This document shows positions 60,424 through 64,000 of a stretch of DNA of 64,000 nucleotides, one piece after another (the stretch's first letter is position 1; every line of letters starts with the position of its first letter). The stretch covers positions 99,908 to 163,907 of the forward strand of contig JAZUQR010000027.1 of NCBI GenBank assembly GCA_045605805.1. The letters are read 5' to 3'. The notes below the pieces were generated by a model that was given only the letters and a program-made list of their open reading frames with translations, ran no database searches and was not told the DNA's origin. The translations under genes and the position numbers were made by a program. This DNA is from Alphaproteobacteria bacterium (GTDB taxonomy: Bacteria > Pseudomonadota > Alphaproteobacteria > CAAHEQ01 > UBA3637).

Positions 60424-61517
60424 TTTCAACATTAGCTTATTTATTTGCCTTTATTGTTGTCTTATCCTTGGTGGTAATTGTCCACGAAGGGGGGCACTTC
60501 ATTGTGGCCCGCTTATGTGGGGTCAAAGTCACCGAATTTTCTTTGGGATTTGGAAAAAAACTTTTTTCAAGAACAGACAAAAAAGGGACAGCATGGCAAA
60601 TTCGGGCCATTCCATTGGGGGGCTATGTTAAAATGTTGGGCGATGAAGATGCGGCCAGTGCAAAATCATCTGATAAAGACATAGCACCAGAGGATAAAAA
60701 CAAAACATTTGCCGCCAAAAACTTGGCTCAACGATCAGCCATCATCTTTGCCGGCCCCGCTATGAATTATATTTTTGCGTTTGTGCTGTTGGTTGGGTTG
60801 TTCTGGGGATGGGGTGAAATCATCATCAAACCCGTTATTGGTTCTGTTCTGCCAGATTCGGCCGCACAACAAGCCGGCCTGATGCCCAAAGATGAAATCC
60901 TCAGCATCAACGAAGAAGAAATTGATTCTTTTATGGATATTCAACGCAAAGTTTTGGTGTCTGATTTTGGTCAACCACTCAACCTAAAAATCAAGCGCAA
61001 CGAAGAAGTTTTAACCATCACTTTAACACCCCATGTGGATGAAAAGACCCAAAATCCCATAATTGGCATTACTTCTGCCGGAGACACACAAATTATCAAC
61101 CAAAACTTAGGTTTTATTCAATCCGCCCAAAAAGCATTAGAAACAATTTATCTCAGCACACATGATACTTTGGTTTATCTGGGACAAGTTTTAACCGGAC
61201 AACGGTCACCAAAAGAGATGCGTGGTCCGTTGGGAATTGCCGAAGCGTCTGGAGATGCCATGATGGGTGGTTTGATTTCTTTAATAGCATTTATTGCACA
61301 AATCTCTATTGCAATTGGCTTGATGAACTTACTACCTATACCTTTGTTGGATGGAGGTCATTTGTTCTTTTACGCCATTGAAGCCATTCGGGGCAAACCT
61401 TTATCCGAAAAAATGCAATCAGTCATTATGTGGGTTGGTTTCAGCATTCTGATAACCATTTTTGCCTATACAATGCTGTTGGATATACCAAGAATTATAC
61501 AAAGGATGATTGAATGA
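60408..61517 (+). CDS. rseP: RIP zinc metalloprotease RseP (site-2 protease)
   Basis: The HExxH motif VHEGGHFIVA, an inserted PDZ domain and the LDGG motif are present. The gene sits in the cdsA-rseP-bamA arrangement. Confidence 0.9.
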   Translation: MVDTMISTLAYLFAFIVVLSLVVIVHEGGHFIVARLCGVKVTEFSLGFGKKLFSRTDKKGTAWQIRAIPLGGYVKMLGDEDAASAKSSDKDIAPEDKNKTFAAKNLAQRSAIIFAGPAMNYIFAFVLLVGLFWGWGEIIIKPVIGSVLPDSAAQQAGLMPKDEILSINEEEIDSFMDIQRKVLVSDFGQPLNLKIKRNEEVLTITLTPHVDEKTQNPIIGITSAGDTQIINQNLGFIQSAQKALETIYLSTHDTLVYLGQVLTGQRSPKEMRGPLGIAEASGDAMMGGLISLIAFIAQISIAIGLMNLLPIPLLDGGHLFFYAIEAIRGKPLSEKMQSVIMWVGFSILITIFAYTMLLDIPRIIQRMIE

Positions 61518-63778
61518 CAAAAACAAAATATGCTTTATTGACAGCCGTCAGCCTGCTTGCCTTTCAAGCTCAGGCCGAAACATTAAAAGAAATGAAAATA
61601 AGTGGTACAAGACGCATTGAAAATGCCGCCATTATGAACTATACGGGTCTTAAAACCGGCCAAGAGGTATCTCATGCTGATTTAGATCAAGCCACAAAAA
61701 CATTGTTTGCTACCGGCCTGTTTGCGGATGTAGATATTCAAATGAACGACGGAATAGCCTCTGTCAAAGTGACAGAAAACCCCATTGTTCAAGATATTTA
61801 TTTTGAAGGCAACAAAGCGTTGGATGATGATGTTTTGAAAACAGAAATTATGTTAAAACCCCGTGCGGTTTATACCAAAACAAAACTTCAAAAAGATGCC
61901 AATCGTTTGCAAAGTGTTTATCAACGCAGCGGGCGTTTTGCGGCCGTGGTAGAACCAAAAATCATTCAAAAAGACCAAAATCGGGTGGATATTGTGTTTG
62001 AAATCAAAGAAGGCGAAAAAGCCTTTGTCCGCCAAATCAACTTTATAGGCAACTCAGCCTTTGATGAAGACACCTTAAAAGATAAAATGATGACCCAAGA
62101 AAAAGCATGGTATCGGTTTTTGTCCAACACCGACACCTATGATGCCGACCGTTTCAAATACGATCAGGAACTGTTAAGAAGATTCTATTTTGAAAAGGGC
62201 TATCTGGATTTCCAAATCACCGATACCTTGTCCGAATTGACACCGGATAAAGAAGGCTTTATTTTAACCGTTAAAATGGACGAAGGAAGCCCTTATACAA
62301 TTGCTAATCAAACACTTCAAGTGTCTTTACCTGATTACAAAAACAACATTTCTTTGGAAGAGTATTTAGAACAAGAAACGGGCGAAAAAATCAACATTAC
62401 CAAAGTTGAAAAAACAACTGATGCGTTGACAGATAAGTTTTTGAACGAAGGCTTTGCTTTTGCGGCCGTAGAACCGGATATCATTCCAAACAAAAAAGAC
62501 AAAACCGCCACAGTGGTTTATCGTGTCGCAGAAGGCGAAAAAGTCTTTATCAGACGCATCAATATCGTTGGCAATTCTCGCACACAGGATGAAGTCATCC
62601 GTCGTGAGTTTCGTATAAAGGAAGGAGATGCCTATAACGCCAACCTGTTGCGCCAATCCAAACAAAATGTATCGGATTTAGATTATTTTTCCACCGTAGA
62701 AATGACAACAAATGCCGTTCCAATGAATCCGTCTTTAACGGATGTTGAAATGTCATTGGCCGAAAAATCAACCGGAGCCTTTAACATCGGCATCGGCTGG
62801 TCCTCCTATGACGGCATGATGTTTGAAACCGGCATTCAAGAACGCAACATTTTGGGAACAGGCAAAATTGTTGGTATCAATATGATGCTCAGCCAAAAAG
62901 AAACCCAATATAATATCAGTTTAACCGATCCTTATTTCTTGGGCTATCGCCTGACAGCTGGCATTGATTTATATCACACAACAAGTGATAACTCGGATTC
63001 ATCGTCCTATAACTATAAAACCACAGGCGGTACTGTCCGGTTCGGATGGCATTATACCGATGCGTTCAGCCATTCGGTACGCTATACTTTGCGGCAAGAC
63101 AATATCTATGATATTGATGCCGATGCGGCCTTGTCCATCAAAGAACAAAAAGGCAAAACCGTTGTGTCAATGATTGGTCAAGATTTAACCTATGACAAAC
63201 GAGACAGTCGTATCAATCCAACCACCGGTTATTATACTTCGTTCAGCTCAGATTTAGCTGGCCTTGGCGGGGATACAAAGTTTTTCCGTGTGGATGCAAC
63301 AGCCATCAAATACTTCCCTGTTGCCGAAGATGTTGTCTTTTCTTTGCGAGCCGATGGGGGCTATATCTGGGGCATAGGAGGCAAAGATTTACGCATCAAT
63401 GACAGATACTTCTTAGGTGACAGAAGTTTGCGTGGCTTTGAATATGGTGGCGTAGGGGCCCGTGATAAAGCCTCTGATGACGCATTAGGCGGTGATTGGT
63501 ATGCAACCGCAAGTGCCGAACTCTCTTTCCCAATTGGCCTGCCCAAAGAAATGGGGGTTAAAGGAAAGGTATTCACAGATGCCGGTTTAATTGGCAAACC
63601 GGATGATTATGATGCCCAAACGATGGAATACTCCAACCGTTTGCGGGCAGCTGTTGGAACGGGCATTGAATGGGCCTCCCCAATGGGTATCATTAACTTT
63701 GACTTTTCTTATGCATTTGCAAAAGAAGACTATGATAAAACAAGGGTTTTCCGCTTAAACTTCGGAAAAGGATTTTAA
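61514..63778 (+). CDS. bamA: outer membrane protein assembly factor BamA
   Basis: A signal peptide, five POTRA repeats and a C-terminal Omp85 barrel ending ...RLNFGKGF are present. The length is 754 aa. Confidence 0.95.
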   Translation: MTKTKYALLTAVSLLAFQAQAETLKEMKISGTRRIENAAIMNYTGLKTGQEVSHADLDQATKTLFATGLFADVDIQMNDGIASVKVTENPIVQDIYFEGNKALDDDVLKTEIMLKPRAVYTKTKLQKDANRLQSVYQRSGRFAAVVEPKIIQKDQNRVDIVFEIKEGEKAFVRQINFIGNSAFDEDTLKDKMMTQEKAWYRFLSNTDTYDADRFKYDQELLRRFYFEKGYLDFQITDTLSELTPDKEGFILTVKMDEGSPYTIANQTLQVSLPDYKNNISLEEYLEQETGEKINITKVEKTTDALTDKFLNEGFAFAAVEPDIIPNKKDKTATVVYRVAEGEKVFIRRINIVGNSRTQDEVIRREFRIKEGDAYNANLLRQSKQNVSDLDYFSTVEMTTNAVPMNPSLTDVEMSLAEKSTGAFNIGIGWSSYDGMMFETGIQERNILGTGKIVGINMMLSQKETQYNISLTDPYFLGYRLTAGIDLYHTTSDNSDSSSYNYKTTGGTVRFGWHYTDAFSHSVRYTLRQDNIYDIDADAALSIKEQKGKTVVSMIGQDLTYDKRDSRINPTTGYYTSFSSDLAGLGGDTKFFRVDATAIKYFPVAEDVVFSLRADGGYIWGIGGKDLRINDRYFLGDRSLRGFEYGGVGARDKASDDALGGDWYATASAELSFPIGLPKEMGVKGKVFTDAGLIGKPDDYDAQTMEYSNRLRAAVGTGIEWASPMGIINFDFSYAFAKEDYDKTRVFRLNFGKGF

Positions 63779-63796
63779 TAATAAAAGGAGAAAAAA

Positions 63797-64000
63797 ATGA
63801 AAAAAACAATGATAACAAGTATTGCAACAGTCGCTATGATTTCATGGATGGCCTTTAACACCTATCAAATCAACAAGCCACAAATCGGTATCATCAACTT
63901 TGCCAAAGTGCAACAAACAGCCAAAGCCTATGTTGATGCCGCCCAAAAACAACAAAAACACGATGAACAAATTCAAAACATCATTTTGCAAGATAAAGAG
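63797..64000 (+). CDS. skp: OmpH/Skp periplasmic chaperone, with the 3' end truncated by the window edge
   Basis: An AAGGAG ribosome-binding site and a signal peptide are present. The sequence INFAKVQQTAKAYVDAAQKQQK is Skp-like, and the gene sits immediately downstream of bamA. Confidence 0.55.
   Translation, partial: MKKTMITSIATVAMISWMAFNTYQINKPQIGIINFAKVQQTAKAYVDAAQKQQKHDEQIQNIILQDKE

Noticed and set aside
1-64000. Scanned the whole window for CRISPR repeats, IS elements or transposases, phage integrases, toxin-antitoxin pairs and rRNA.
   Set aside because: No regularly spaced direct repeats, no transposase or integrase ORFs other than chromosomal xerD, and no rRNA-like sequence were seen. 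The window is core genome.

Overview
This window looks like a low-GC alphaproteobacterial chromosomal core region, with dense housekeeping genes on both strands.

The lineage call rests on gene order and content: lptG/lptD-surA, hsp20 followed by a DUF1150 gene, the divergent ParA-like ATPase mipZ, rpoH, a DUF4164-zapA pair, and the cdsA-rseP-bamA-skp block.

The main clusters, in order:
- Left end to ~19.5 kb: lpoA-like (partial), rsmI, yraN, tlyC-like, aroK, xerD, an in-frame LptG-LptD fusion, surA, folD, lepA, recR, ybaB, zapA, ymdB, yebC, ruvC, dnaA, hsp20 and a DUF1150 gene.
- ~19.5-36.8 kb: two tRNA-Ser genes (GGA and CGA), a tandem-domain ThyX, htpG, mipZ, pgm, mlaEF, radA, cvpA, cdd-like, rlmH, rpoH, map, uvrA, rdgB and ndk.
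- ~39.2-55 kb: an almost complete dcw cell-wall/division cluster (rsmH, ftsL, ftsI, a MurE-MurF fusion, mraY, ftsW, murG, murC, murB, ddl, ftsQAZ). It lacks mraZ and murD.
- Right end: accA, a family-5 solute-binding protein, a Sel1-repeat protein, rpsT, cdsA, rseP, bamA and skp (partial).

The most unusual element is a ~760-aa cysteine-rich ORF at 36843-39131. It has a prepilin-type (class III) N-terminus and a discoidin/F5/8-type-C-like lectin domain, and sits where mraZ would normally head the dcw cluster. It is a candidate modular pilin or adhesin.

Other oddities:
- two in-frame fusions of adjacent envelope genes (lptG-lptD and murE-murF)
- a pseudo-dimeric ThyX whose N-terminal half has lost the RHR motif
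- a degenerate tRNA-Ser fragment next to an intact tRNA-Ser
- several orphan hypothetical ORFs translationally coupled to housekeeping genes.

No CRISPR array, IS element, integrase-bounded island or rRNA was seen.
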